Shown here in pieces: positions 54,496 to 63,920 of a DNA stretch of 64,000 bases. Location: assembly GCA_050115915.1 (NCBI GenBank), contig JASFPP010000001.1, forward strand, positions 3,116-67,115. Direction: 5' to 3'. The stretch comes from Candidatus Aminicenantes bacterium. Its GTDB lineage: Bacteria; Acidobacteriota; Aminicenantia; Aminicenantales; Aminicenantaceae. Below the pieces are notes generated by a model that searched no databases, was not told where the DNA came from, and was given only the letters and a program-made list of their open reading frames with translations. Each line of letters opens with the position of its first letter. The stretch's first letter is position 1. The translations under genes were made by a program, and so were the position numbers.

Positions 54496-56223
54496 CTATC
54501 TATTTTTTTTAAAAAAGTAATCCCTAGTGACTTTTCCGAGAAATCCGCTTAACAGGATCAGGGACACAAGGTTGGGAAAGGCCATAAAGGCATTGGCGGT
54601 ATCTCCGATGAGCCAGACGATATTCAGGTGGACACCCTGCAGGATCGACCCAGCGAAAAGCAGACCGAGAAAGACCATTCGATAGGAATAAATGACGCCT
54701 TCGCCGAAGATATACTCAAGGCATTTTTCTCCGTAAAAACACCAGCCCAAAAGCGTGGAGTATCCGAAGAGGAAAGAACTAAGGGCAATGATATATCCCC
54801 CGTTTGGAATCACAGAATCGAAAGCGGCTGCTGTAAGTGCAGTTGAGGTCAATCCGTCTGTGGCGCCGAAAGCCGCGGTTTTGAGGTACATTCCTGTGAT
54901 AACAATCGATAGGGTAGTGAGAGTGTTCACAACTAAGGTATCGATAAATGTTCCCGTCATTGCGATCAGGCCGTTTTTAGAGGGATCCGAGGATTTGGAG
55001 GCGGATTGGGCGATCCCTGCGGATCCCAATCCCGACTCGTTGGAAAGCAGTCCGCGACGCACGCCGATCTGAATCACCTGTTTCATGGATGTGCCGACCA
55101 TGGCCCCACCCACGGCTTTGACCGAGAAGGCTGATTTAAAAATGACGGACAGAGCTGCCGGTAAATTTGTGATGTTCGATACAATGACCACAATGGCCCC
55201 GCAGAAGTAGAGGATGATCATGGTAGGGACTAAACGCTCGGATACGCCGCCGATTCTTTTGATCCCCCCCAGGATGACGGCACCGACCATGGTTGTGATA
55301 ACCAGACCAGTCAACCAGAAGGGGACGCCGAACTGGTCGTTGAACGCCAGGGCCATGGAGTTGGATTGCGCCATGTTTCCTGTGCCGAAAAGACAGGTGA
55401 ACGCCCCACAGATGGCGAAGAACATCCCCATGAACTTGGCTAATTTTTCCTTCTTTATGCCCATACGGGCGTAATACATCGGGCCGCCAGACATCTCCCC
55501 TCGTTTATTCTTCACTCGAAATTTGACTCCGAAGAACCCCTCTGCATATTTTGTGGCCATTCCGAGAAAACCCGCAATCCACATCCAAACCGGAGCACCG
55601 GGTCCGCCTGTGGCGATGGCTGTCGCGACACCGGCGATGTTCCCGTTCCCGACCGTTGCGGCAAGGGCGGTCATCAGTGCGGCATAGGGAGAGATATCTC
55701 CCTCCTCCTTATCGAGTTTATCCTTGTGGAGAGCACCTCTCAGGACCATTTTCAGGGAGAGGATAAGCCGGCGCACTTGGATCAAACGACAGATGTATGT
55801 CAAAAGGATGCCGACACCGAGAAGCAGAAAAACCATGACAGGGAACCAGACAAAATCACTGAAATCCTTGATGGAGATGAGAAACTTATCGAGGAACGAA
55901 AGGCTTATGGACAGGTCGATAACCAGAGCTTCATCACTGTCTTTGATATCGATCTCGCGCTCGACAGGTGTCAATCCATACAGATCCATCTTGAGGATAT
56001 GCCGACCTGGCGAAAGATCCGTGAATAGGTAGTTCCCCTCTTGATCGATCTCGGATTTGATAAAGACCTCTTCTTCGATGGGTCTAATCAATACAGAGCC
56101 TTTGGTGTACGGCTCGCCTTTGGGAGTCAGAGTCACCTTGCCTTTAACCTCCGCAGCTCGAAGGGTTGAAGGGCCGACGACAAGCAGGACCAAGATCAAA
56201 GAAACGATGAGTTTTTTTGTCAT
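54496..56223 (-). CDS. Alanine/glycine:cation symporter (AGCS family) fused to an N-terminal signal peptide plus carboxypeptidase-regulatory-like beta-sandwich domain
   Basis: 575 aa. AGCS signature LAATVGNGNIAGVATAIATGGPGAPVWMW. N-terminal residues 1-105 are a signal peptide plus VKGKVTL..GNYLFTDLSPGRHILKM. Confidence 0.9.
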   Translation of the reverse strand: MTKKLIVSLILVLLVVGPSTLRAAEVKGKVTLTPKGEPYTKGSVLIRPIEEEVFIKSEIDQEGNYLFTDLSPGRHILKMDLYGLTPVEREIDIKDSDEALVIDLSISLSFLDKFLISIKDFSDFVWFPVMVFLLLGVGILLTYICRLIQVRRLILSLKMVLRGALHKDKLDKEEGDISPYAALMTALAATVGNGNIAGVATAIATGGPGAPVWMWIAGFLGMATKYAEGFFGVKFRVKNKRGEMSGGPMYYARMGIKKEKLAKFMGMFFAICGAFTCLFGTGNMAQSNSMALAFNDQFGVPFWLTGLVITTMVGAVILGGIKRIGGVSERLVPTMIILYFCGAIVVIVSNITNLPAALSVIFKSAFSVKAVGGAMVGTSMKQVIQIGVRRGLLSNESGLGSAGIAQSASKSSDPSKNGLIAMTGTFIDTLVVNTLTTLSIVITGMYLKTAAFGATDGLTSTALTAAAFDSVIPNGGYIIALSSFLFGYSTLLGWCFYGEKCLEYIFGEGVIYSYRMVFLGLLFAGSILQGVHLNIVWLIGDTANAFMAFPNLVSLILLSGFLGKVTRDYFFKKNR

Positions 56224-56231
56224 ATTTTCCG

Positions 56232-57593
56232 TTATCCTGTAATGATTTTTTTAATGAATATGAGGATGATGATGAGCACGATGGGCGAGAAAAATTTGAG
56301 AGAAAACACCCAGAGGGGGCGAATCCGGAAGCGAGGATTCCCCTCTCGAACCTCCTCGACGGGTTTTTTCACTCCCCAAATCCAACCCACAAAAATACAG
56401 ATCAAAAGCGCTCCTACGGCAAGGGATATGTTAGCAAACAGGATATCGAATTTACCCATAAAGTCGATATCCGTGAAAAATTTCATTCCGCCCGATGAAA
56501 GCGCGGAGGGAATTCCGAGGAGAAAAGCGAAACCGCCGAGTAAAAGAGCCGCCTTTTTCCGCGACCAGTTCCGTTCATCGATGAAGTATGCCACAGAGAC
56601 TTCCAATAGAGAAATAGTGGAGGTGATGGCTGCGACGAGCAGGAGAGTGAAAAAAAGCGTTCCGAAAAAATTGCCGTTGGGGATCTTGGAGAAAATCAAA
56701 GGGAAGACCTTGAACACCAATCCGGGTCCGGCCGTCGGAGCGATGCCGGGTATGGCAAAAAGTGTTGGGAAAATAATGATTCCGGCCAGGAAAGCGATAA
56801 GAGTATCGGAGAAAGATACCCATCCTGCAGATGTCACCAAATTGTCGGATTTAGGGATGTAACTTCCGTAGGTGATCATGATCCCCATTCCTATGCTCAG
56901 CGAGAAAAAGGCCTGGCCGAAGGCGAAAAGGACCACAGTGCCGTTCAGTTTTGAAAAATCGGGCTTGAGATAGAACGAAACTCCTTCGCTGGCACCGGGG
57001 AGCGTCAGGGCCTTTATGGCCAGATAAATGATCAGAATGAAGAGAATGGGCATCAGGATCTTGGTCCACCTTTCGATTCCGCTCTGAACTCCCCTGGAGA
57101 TGATGAAAGTGGTGATACCGATGACAATCAAAAGGCAGACCAGGGCCATAAGAGGATTGGAAACAAAGCTCGTGTATATCTGGTCGCTCATCTGGCTGCT
57201 GACCTCTCCTCTGAATGTCCCGGAAACGGTTTTGACGAAATATCCCACGGCCCAGCCGGCGATCACAGCATAGTAGGACAGTATACAGATACTTGTCAGA
57301 AGGCCCAGGTAGCCGATGATCTTCCACGGTTTACGGGGTTTGATGTGTTCGAAAGCTCCGATTGCGTTTCGCTGTGTGTGACGGCCGATCGTCATCTCTG
57401 CCAGCATCACCGTGAATCCAACGAGAGCGACTGCCAGAATGTACACGAAAACAAAAACAGCCCCCCCGTATTTTCCCACGACCATCGGGAATCGCCAGAT
57501 GTTTCCGAGGCCTATGGCTGAGCCTGTTGCGGCGAAGATAAAGGCGATCTTCGAGCCCCAAAGGCCTCTTTGACCGGATTCTTGCCTGCTCAT
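56232..57593 (-). CDS. Neurotransmitter:sodium symporter (NSS/SNF) family transporter
   Basis: GSAIGLGNIWRFP signature. The ATG at 57593 is preceded by GAGGAG; the ORF track start at 57653 adds 20 aa. Confidence 0.9.
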   Translation of the reverse strand: MSRQESGQRGLWGSKIAFIFAATGSAIGLGNIWRFPMVVGKYGGAVFVFVYILAVALVGFTVMLAEMTIGRHTQRNAIGAFEHIKPRKPWKIIGYLGLLTSICILSYYAVIAGWAVGYFVKTVSGTFRGEVSSQMSDQIYTSFVSNPLMALVCLLIVIGITTFIISRGVQSGIERWTKILMPILFILIIYLAIKALTLPGASEGVSFYLKPDFSKLNGTVVLFAFGQAFFSLSIGMGIMITYGSYIPKSDNLVTSAGWVSFSDTLIAFLAGIIIFPTLFAIPGIAPTAGPGLVFKVFPLIFSKIPNGNFFGTLFFTLLLVAAITSTISLLEVSVAYFIDERNWSRKKAALLLGGFAFLLGIPSALSSGGMKFFTDIDFMGKFDILFANISLAVGALLICIFVGWIWGVKKPVEEVREGNPRFRIRPLWVFSLKFFSPIVLIIILIFIKKIITG

Positions 57594-57711
57594 ATCGTTC
57601 TCCTCGGATGCGAGTGCTGCTTCATCTCGCCTTATTTCACGTATTTGTACCACAACGGCACATCCAGGTAAAGCGGAAACTCCGTCTTTGTTGGTCGATG
57701 TTTGATAAGGG

Positions 57712-57740
57712 TTGCATATTCATGCTTCAGCCAGTAAAAT
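57712..57740 (+). promoter_or_regulatory. Sigma70-type promoter TTGCAT-N17-TAAAAT upstream of the flavodiiron gene
   Basis: TTGCAT at 57712-57717 and TAAAAT at 57735-57740. An AAGGAG Shine-Dalgarno sequence precedes the ATG at 57773. Confidence 0.5.
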
Positions 57741-57772
57741 CGTAGGTTAGCTGAACGAAGGAGACTGAAACA

Positions 57773-58966
57773 ATGCCGAAAGCCGAGATCAAGCCAGATG
57801 TCTTTTACATCGGCGTCAACGACCGCACGACCGACCTCTTCGAAGGTTTATGGCCCATAACAAAGGAGGGAGTCTCCTACAATTCCTACCTCATCAACGA
57901 TGAAAAAACCGCCATAATCGATCTGACCAAATCGATCAAAGGCGACGAATATTTCGACAAGATCGATCACATAACCGACATCAACAAGATCGACTATGTC
58001 ATCGTCAATCACATGGAGCCCGATCATTCCGGGCTAATCCGGACGCTCCGGAGGATCGCCCCGGATGTGACTCTGGTCGGATCGGCCAAAACTAAGGATA
58101 TGCTGGCAAAATTTTTCTCTATTACGGACAATGTTTTGGTGGTCAATGATGGGGATACTCTCCCTCTGGGAAAAAGAACCCTGAAGTTTTTCTCTACTCC
58201 ATTCCTGCACTGGCCGGAGACTATCATGACCTATGATACATCTGACAGAATCCTCTTCAGCTGCGACGCTTTCGGAAGTTACGGAGCCATTCGGGGGGCG
58301 CTCTTCGATGACGACTGCAAATCCAGGGATTTTTACCTCAGGGAAGCCCTTCGCTATTATGTCAATATCCTGGCGAATTTTAGCCCCCGAGTGTTGACTT
58401 CCATCGACAAATTGAAGGACCTGCCCACTGATATCATCGCCCCTTCCCATGGGCTTATTTGGAGGAACAACATTCCTCTTATCGTCAACCTCTATAAGAA
58501 ATGGGCCGAATGTGCCGATGGAGGCGATGAACCGGGAGTGACTCTTATCTATGGTTCCATGTACGGAAACACGGAAGTGGTGATGAATGCTGTTGCTGAG
58601 GGGATTGCGGCAGAGGGTATGGCGCTGGATATTTTTGATGTTTCCCGCAATCACGTCAGCTATATCCTTCCATCCCTCTGGACGAAACGCGGGGTCATGA
58701 TCGGCGCCCCCACCTATGAGGTCTCGCTCTTCCCCACCATGGCCGAAGTCCTCAACATGGCTGCACACAAGCGCATCCGGAACAAAAAGGCCGCCTATTT
58801 TGGGAGCTATGGCTGGAGTGGGGGAGCCCTGAAGGGCGTCAAGACGATCGTGGAGCCCTTGAGATGGGAGGTCGTCGATTCCTTCGAGTTTATCGGGAGC
58901 CCCACAAAAGAGGATATAGCCACAGCTAAGGAATTCGGGCGGAAATTTGCCCGGCTTTTCAAATGA
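57773..58966 (+). CDS. fprA: FprA-type flavodiiron protein (metallo-beta-lactamase-like plus flavodoxin-like domains)
   Basis: 397 aa. Di-iron ligand motif VNHMEPDHSG. C-terminal flavodoxin-like LIYGSMYGNTE. Confidence 0.9.
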   Translation: MPKAEIKPDVFYIGVNDRTTDLFEGLWPITKEGVSYNSYLINDEKTAIIDLTKSIKGDEYFDKIDHITDINKIDYVIVNHMEPDHSGLIRTLRRIAPDVTLVGSAKTKDMLAKFFSITDNVLVVNDGDTLPLGKRTLKFFSTPFLHWPETIMTYDTSDRILFSCDAFGSYGAIRGALFDDDCKSRDFYLREALRYYVNILANFSPRVLTSIDKLKDLPTDIIAPSHGLIWRNNIPLIVNLYKKWAECADGGDEPGVTLIYGSMYGNTEVVMNAVAEGIAAEGMALDIFDVSRNHVSYILPSLWTKRGVMIGAPTYEVSLFPTMAEVLNMAAHKRIRNKKAAYFGSYGWSGGALKGVKTIVEPLRWEVVDSFEFIGSPTKEDIATAKEFGRKFARLFK

Positions 58967-58973
58967 TGATCAC

Positions 58974-59900
58974 TTAATGATGGGAACCCGGGTATTTTTT
59001 CTCTCCGGCTAGAATGCGGATTTTGAGCTGATTTTGGGGAGGGGGCAGAGGGCATGTCGCGAATGGTGTGTAGGCACACGGGGGATTATAGGCTCTGTTG
59101 AAGTTCAGGTCTACCTTCCCGTTCTCCAGGATACGCGCATTCATGAAGCGGGAGGCCTCGTACGTTTCTTTGCCGTTTGTCTCGTCCCCGAAAATGAAAA
59201 AAAGTGTCTGGGGGTCAGCGGAGAATGCCTCGAGCCTGTAAAGCGTCCCATCGATCTTGAATGTCACATAACCCGGGGTGTCCATGACTGTGTTTTTACC
59301 GACGGCAGTTCCGACTTCCAGTTTTTTTGGCTTTGCAAAGGCCTGAAACTCCGCTTGCACCCTGTATTTTTCATTCGGCGTAAAGAAATCGAGGCCCGTA
59401 TAATTTTTGTAAGGCAAGTGATCGAGATCGCGCAATCGGATCGCATACATGTCGAATCGTTGGATCACCCACATGCGCAGGTTATTCAATTCGACGATAT
59501 CGGGTTTCCCCGTATCATCGGCTTTCAATTCGAACCGATGGATGGTTTTGCCATCGACCTTGAGCGGGATTCCTTGTTCGGCGATGACGCTAACCGTCCC
59601 GTTATCCAGATAGAATCTCCCCGCGACTTGAGGGGCCGATCCCTCGGGGAGCTTGATGGGATTTTTCCCTGATGTTCCGAAAGCGTTCTCTCCCTCTTCG
59701 AGCCAATACAGTCCGGCGATATTTAACCAGCTTGTGGGGGCTCTCATCTCTTTGTCGCGCTTTTTTCTCCATTCGGCCTCTTCCTGGAGAAAAGTCTTCG
59801 AGTCATCATGGGAGAGTGCTTCTGAATAAGCCGAAGGTGTGAGGCATAAGATAAACAGCCACAGGATCCCAAGGAAAGAGCACTGTGTTTTGGCTTTCAT
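58974..59900 (-). CDS. DUF1684 domain-containing secreted protein
   Basis: C-terminal FNRAYNPPCAYTPFATCPLPPPQN is typical of DUF1684. Signal peptide MKAKTQCSFLGILWLFILCLTPSAYS from ATG 59900 (GGAG upstream). The ORF track start is 59999. Confidence 0.8.
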   Translation of the reverse strand: MKAKTQCSFLGILWLFILCLTPSAYSEALSHDDSKTFLQEEAEWRKKRDKEMRAPTSWLNIAGLYWLEEGENAFGTSGKNPIKLPEGSAPQVAGRFYLDNGTVSVIAEQGIPLKVDGKTIHRFELKADDTGKPDIVELNNLRMWVIQRFDMYAIRLRDLDHLPYKNYTGLDFFTPNEKYRVQAEFQAFAKPKKLEVGTAVGKNTVMDTPGYVTFKIDGTLYRLEAFSADPQTLFFIFGDETNGKETYEASRFMNARILENGKVDLNFNRAYNPPCAYTPFATCPLPPPQNQLKIRILAGEKKYPGSHH

Positions 59901-60105
59901 GATTCGCTCCATTCGTCCTCTCGTTTTCCCTATGTTAGAGAAATCGTTGATTATGTCAATGTTTATGTGCAGCTTTCCCGAAACCGGGCTTACGGACATT
60001 GCGGAAGCCTCAACCGGCGATTTTAAAACTGAAATTCCCTTCAGTTTTCAAAGTCCCCTAAAAATGTGATAGAATAACGGTCACAAGATTAGCTCGAGGA
60101 TCACT

Positions 60106-60567
60106 ATGACAAAGGATTGGAAAGATAACTTAGCGAGTTTTTTTGATGGCTACAGGATCATCGAAAGAAGCAAAGAAGATACCATTAAGAACTTCGATCA
60201 GTTTTGTGAATTTGTGGCTGAACCCGCCTTCGAGAGCCTGGGAGAAGAGCTCGAGAATTACAGAATAACATCCAAAATAAAAAGAGATAAGGGAAAATCG
60301 GTCGCCTTCCAGATCAATTTTCCCAAGTCCAAAGTCGAAAACTTTCTTTACATTATCGTGTTCCCCAGAAATTCGCTCGAGCTCCAACTCAAGCTTTTGA
60401 TCAAGGGAAGGCCGGACATCAACAGCCCCATGGAGTGTACAGAAGGCCGATTTATGAAAGATGTCGCACCTGCCGAGATCTTAAAGCTGAAAAAAGAAGA
60501 CCTCATCCAGGATGTCATCGAGCACTACCGCAACTTCTGCTTCAAGGCCGCCACACAAACGGACTAA
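60106..60567 (+). CDS. Hypothetical protein (153 aa)
   Basis: GAGGA lies 7 nt upstream of the ATG. I recognise no motif. Confidence 0.5.
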   Translation: MTKDWKDNLASFFDGYRIIERSKEDTIKNFDQFCEFVAEPAFESLGEELENYRITSKIKRDKGKSVAFQINFPKSKVENFLYIIVFPRNSLELQLKLLIKGRPDINSPMECTEGRFMKDVAPAEILKLKKEDLIQDVIEHYRNFCFKAATQTD

Positions 60568-60578
60568 CACCCTCCCCT

Positions 60579-61802
60579 ATGAAAAAATCAATTTCGCGGA
60601 TGGAGGGGAGATCTTTACCCCGCGTCGTGCTTGGGATGCATTTTCTGGTGCTGCTGGTTTTTTCGTCTCTGGCTGTGTATCACCTCTTTCCTCTTTTCCT
60701 GGAAGACGTTGGGGGATCGCCTCAAGAGATCGGATTGATCGTGGGGCTCTTTTCCATCGCAGCCTTTCTCTCCAGACCGCTCACCGGTTGGTTCCTGCGT
60801 CGGTTTCCGCCAAAAAAAGTGTGTGTGGCTGGCCTTGTTCTGATGCTCGTTGTTTCTGCTCTCTATGTTTTTGTGGACCGGATCGACTGGAAGATCTTTG
60901 TGATCAGGATTCTTCATGGGTTCGGTTTTTCTGTTTTTGTCCTGGCCGCTTTGTTTATCACCATTATCGCCGTCCCCGCAAAGGTCCGGACATATGCCAT
61001 CGGCGTTGTGTCGACAGGATTTTTGCTGCCACTCCTCGTGGTCCCCTACATCGCCGAAATTGTTATTCAAAGCTATGGATACTTCGAGTTTTTTCTCCTG
61101 GCTGCAATTCTTGTGGCTATTCCTCTTGCTGTCGTGTTTTTTTTAAAGAGCCCTGCGCCTCGATTGGAATCTGAAACTGACTCCAAGCAAAAGGGATTCT
61201 TTCGTCTTCTGGCGCAAAAAAGAATCCTTGTTATTTCTCTGCTCGCCTTTATTTTCGAGACCGGATTGAGTTCCAGCCTTTCTTTTGTTCCCTTGCTCGC
61301 TCATGAGGGGAGCACGATGAAGGCCGGGTATTTCTACACGTTTCTCGGCTTGACAGCTGTCTCGCTCAGGATATTCGGAGGCAAATGGCTGGCTTTTTGG
61401 GGCGATTCCAGGCTGCTCTTTCCGGCATTCTGTTGTCTTTCGGGAGGAGCGATCCTGTTGTATTTTTCTCAGGGGAATGGGCTCCTCGCTCTCTCTGGCA
61501 TGATCTGGGGTGTTGGGACCGGTGTGCTCTATCCTCATTTGTCCGCACTCGCCGTGGAAGGAATTCCCACGAAGGAAAAAGGGATGGCGCTCAGTCTCTT
61601 TGCTGCGTTCGTAGATCTGGGTTTTGCCTTCGGGCCCATCCTTTTTGGTTGGATGTCTCACATCTGGGAGGTTCGGACAGCCTATATTCCCTTAGCTTTC
61701 ATCGTGTTTTTCTCTGCGCTGTTGCTGATCGTTATAGGACGGGATATTCTGTTTGATGCGTCTGAAAGACATGCAAATCATCGCATGGATGATAACCTCT
61801 AG
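60579..61802 (+). CDS. MFS transporter
   Basis: About 12 hydrophobic segments and the MFS loop motif LSRPLTGWFLRR. The ATG at 60579 (MKKSISRMEG..) is the likely start; the ORF track N-terminus from 60435 overlaps the previous gene. Confidence 0.85.
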   Translation: MKKSISRMEGRSLPRVVLGMHFLVLLVFSSLAVYHLFPLFLEDVGGSPQEIGLIVGLFSIAAFLSRPLTGWFLRRFPPKKVCVAGLVLMLVVSALYVFVDRIDWKIFVIRILHGFGFSVFVLAALFITIIAVPAKVRTYAIGVVSTGFLLPLLVVPYIAEIVIQSYGYFEFFLLAAILVAIPLAVVFFLKSPAPRLESETDSKQKGFFRLLAQKRILVISLLAFIFETGLSSSLSFVPLLAHEGSTMKAGYFYTFLGLTAVSLRIFGGKWLAFWGDSRLLFPAFCCLSGGAILLYFSQGNGLLALSGMIWGVGTGVLYPHLSALAVEGIPTKEKGMALSLFAAFVDLGFAFGPILFGWMSHIWEVRTAYIPLAFIVFFSALLLIVIGRDILFDASERHANHRMDDNL

Positions 61803-61831
61803 CGATTAATCAGGATAGAAGTTAAAAGGGA

Positions 61832-62755
61832 TCAATCGAGGCGGATGATTCCTGCTTTTTTTGCGATTGCGATAGCCTGGTTGTATTCAAGCTTGGTGAT
61901 CCTTCTGGAGAGAGGGGAGCCGGGTTTAATGTCGCCACAGGGATAATACTGAGCCATAATATTGACATACGTGTTCTTTGATATCTCTTGGGCGAGAAAT
62001 CGCATAACATCCTGTGTGCCCGCCAATCCCGAAGGAAGAACGAGATGCCTTATGAGCAAACCTCGGAGTGCAATCCCTCTTTCATCCATCGCAAGATCTC
62101 CCACCTGTCGAAACATCTCTTTGATCGCCTTCTTTGCCACTTGAGGGTAGTCCCGGGCTTGTGAGTATTCTTCAGCGGCTTCCTCCGAGCTGTATTTAAA
62201 GTCCGGCATATAAATATCGACCACCCCATCCAGGAATTGAAGCGTCTCTATAGCATCGTACCCGCCTGTATTGTAAACGAGCGGGATGGATAGCCCTGAA
62301 GCGATCGCATTGGGTAGGGCGGCCAGGATCTGCGGGACATAGTGTGTCGGGCTGACAAAGTTGATGTTATGGCAGCCGAGAGACTGCAGGGCCACCATCA
62401 TCCGGCTCAATCGGTCGATCGATATCTCCTCGCCTTCATCCAAGTGACTGATGGAATAGTTCTGACAGAAGCCGCATCCAAGGTTGCAGTGTGTGAAAAA
62501 GATCGTACCCGATCCGTAAAAGCCGACAAGCGGTTTTTCCTCACCAAAATGTGGGGAAGATGATGAGACTTTGGGCGAGAGGCCAGCCCGGCAGTATCCT
62601 CTTTCCCCCGCAACGCGATCGACTTTGCAATCACGGGGGCATACAGAGCAGCTTTCGAGTAGCTCCTGGGCCCGGGCGATTTTATCCTCGAGTTTGCCTT
62701 CTCTATGGGTCTTGAGGTAAACCGGCAAAAAGCCTTTTTGCGCCACCATCGCCAA
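61832..62755 (-). CDS. Radical SAM protein, PflX-like (pyruvate formate-lyase activase homolog, COG1313 type)
   Basis: 307 aa. N-terminal Cys cluster CSVCPRDCKVDR..GYCRAG and radical SAM motif FFTHCNLGCGFCQN. TTG start. Confidence 0.85.
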   Translation of the reverse strand: MAMVAQKGFLPVYLKTHREGKLEDKIARAQELLESCSVCPRDCKVDRVAGERGYCRAGLSPKVSSSSPHFGEEKPLVGFYGSGTIFFTHCNLGCGFCQNYSISHLDEGEEISIDRLSRMMVALQSLGCHNINFVSPTHYVPQILAALPNAIASGLSIPLVYNTGGYDAIETLQFLDGVVDIYMPDFKYSSEEAAEEYSQARDYPQVAKKAIKEMFRQVGDLAMDERGIALRGLLIRHLVLPSGLAGTQDVMRFLAQEISKNTYVNIMAQYYPCGDIKPGSPLSRRITKLEYNQAIAIAKKAGIIRLD

Positions 62756-62805
62756 GGATTATAGCACATATTCTGTCTTTTCTCGTAAATCAATGTGCCT
62801 CTCAG

Positions 62806-62890
62806 GTTTCTGAGCGTCATGAATCGACGAGGCGTTTGGATTGGATAATGGTTTGCTGTTTAAATAGAGTGAAATTTGGATCATGTCTTG
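62806..62890 (+). repeat. Possible degenerate, internally deleted T1 copy G upstream of pgeF
   Basis: GCGTCATGAATCGACGAGGCGTTTGGATTGG parallels the T1-B 5' end (GGTGATGAATCGCGTCGCGCTTTTGGAAGTT). It also shares the identical 11-mer GAGTGAAATTT (62867-62877) with B. The rest of the core is missing. Confidence 0.3.
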
Positions 62891-62969
62891 TTAAAATAGC
62901 AGTTTGTTAATGAGGTTTTATGAGAGGGCCCAAGGGAAGGTTTAATGAAGGGAAAGAGCGGCGGGTTTT

Positions 62970-63668
62970 GTGACTGATTCAGCTAGAAGATACAGAGTGG
63001 TGGAGGCGTTCCAGCGGATCCCTTCGCTTGTCCATGGTTTCGGGACCCGATATTGGGGGGAGGACGGTTTGAATTCATGTCCGGAGCTGGCCGGCTTTCG
63101 CCATGTTTCCCTCTGTCAGACTCACTCCGATATCGTCCACACCATCACAAGATATCCCCATGATAAGATGGAGGGGGATGCGCTCGTAACAGACCGTCCG
63201 GGCATCCTCCTCAACATAAAGACCGCCGATTGCCTTCCTGTGTTGGTCGTGGATCCTCAAAGGAGAGTTGTCGCTGCGGTCCATTGTGGTTGGAGAGGAA
63301 CCCTGAAGAACGTCATCGCTGAAACGCTCCGGACGATCATACAGAATTTTGGCAGCGACGTGTCATCTCTTCGTGTTGCCCTAGGGCCTTGTATAGACAA
63401 GTCTTGCTATGAGGTTGGGGAGGATGTGAGAGAACGATTTGAACGCTACGGAATTTCCAATGGAAATTTTAACCGCCATCCTTTCAAACGAGAGAAATAT
63501 TTATTCGATCTCAGAGGGACTAATCGGGCTCAGATCCTCGAGATGGGTGTCCCTCGAGAACAAATTTTTTCGGTTGACCTCTGCACGTACTGTGAAAAGG
63601 ACCTGTTCTCCTACAGAAGAGATAAGGCCCATGCAGGACGATTGATCAACTTTATTGGCCTATCGTAA
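62970..63668 (+). CDS. pgeF: Peptidoglycan editing factor PgeF (YfiH/DUF152, laccase-domain family)
   Basis: 232 aa. SLVHGFGTR, QTHSD and AAVHCGWRGT motifs. GTG start. Confidence 0.9.
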   Translation: MTDSARRYRVVEAFQRIPSLVHGFGTRYWGEDGLNSCPELAGFRHVSLCQTHSDIVHTITRYPHDKMEGDALVTDRPGILLNIKTADCLPVLVVDPQRRVVAAVHCGWRGTLKNVIAETLRTIIQNFGSDVSSLRVALGPCIDKSCYEVGEDVRERFERYGISNGNFNRHPFKREKYLFDLRGTNRAQILEMGVPREQIFSVDLCTYCEKDLFSYRRDKAHAGRLINFIGLS

Positions 63669-63670
63669 TC

Positions 63671-63899
63671 TCCTGGATTATTCACGAGCCGAGGCCAACC
63701 CACCCCACCCATTCACAAAGGTAGAGGCAGTGGCTTCCGAAGCAGCAGTGAACTACCACGAGGGGGCTACAACGAAGGCTTTGTAGTGAGATCGGTTCGC
63801 CCGAAGGGTAAAAGAAGCTAACAACAGGATGGGGAGTTTTCCTTTCAGATAAGTCTTTCTTAAATATATTTGTTAGCTTCTTTTATGATTAATTCAGGA
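63671..63899 (+). repeat. T2 structured intergenic repeat, full copy E (about 229 bp), oriented toward the gene starting at 63950
   Basis: The termini CCTGGATTATTCA / TGATTAATTCAGG pair (12 of 13 including 1 G-U). Perfect 14-bp hairpin AAAAGAAGCTAACA (63810-63823) / TGTTAGCTTCTTTT (63871-63884). Basal stem CGAGCCGA (63685-63692) / TCGGTTCG (63792-63799). Junction sequences are conserved with copy F1. Confidence 0.75.
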
Positions 63900-63920
63900 T
63901 CAACAGCTTTGTTGATTTTT
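63899..63920 (+). terminator. Weak terminator-like hairpin immediately after T2-E
   Basis: ATCAACA-gctt-TGTTGAT followed by TTTT. The stem is only 7 bp and AU-rich. Confidence 0.3.
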
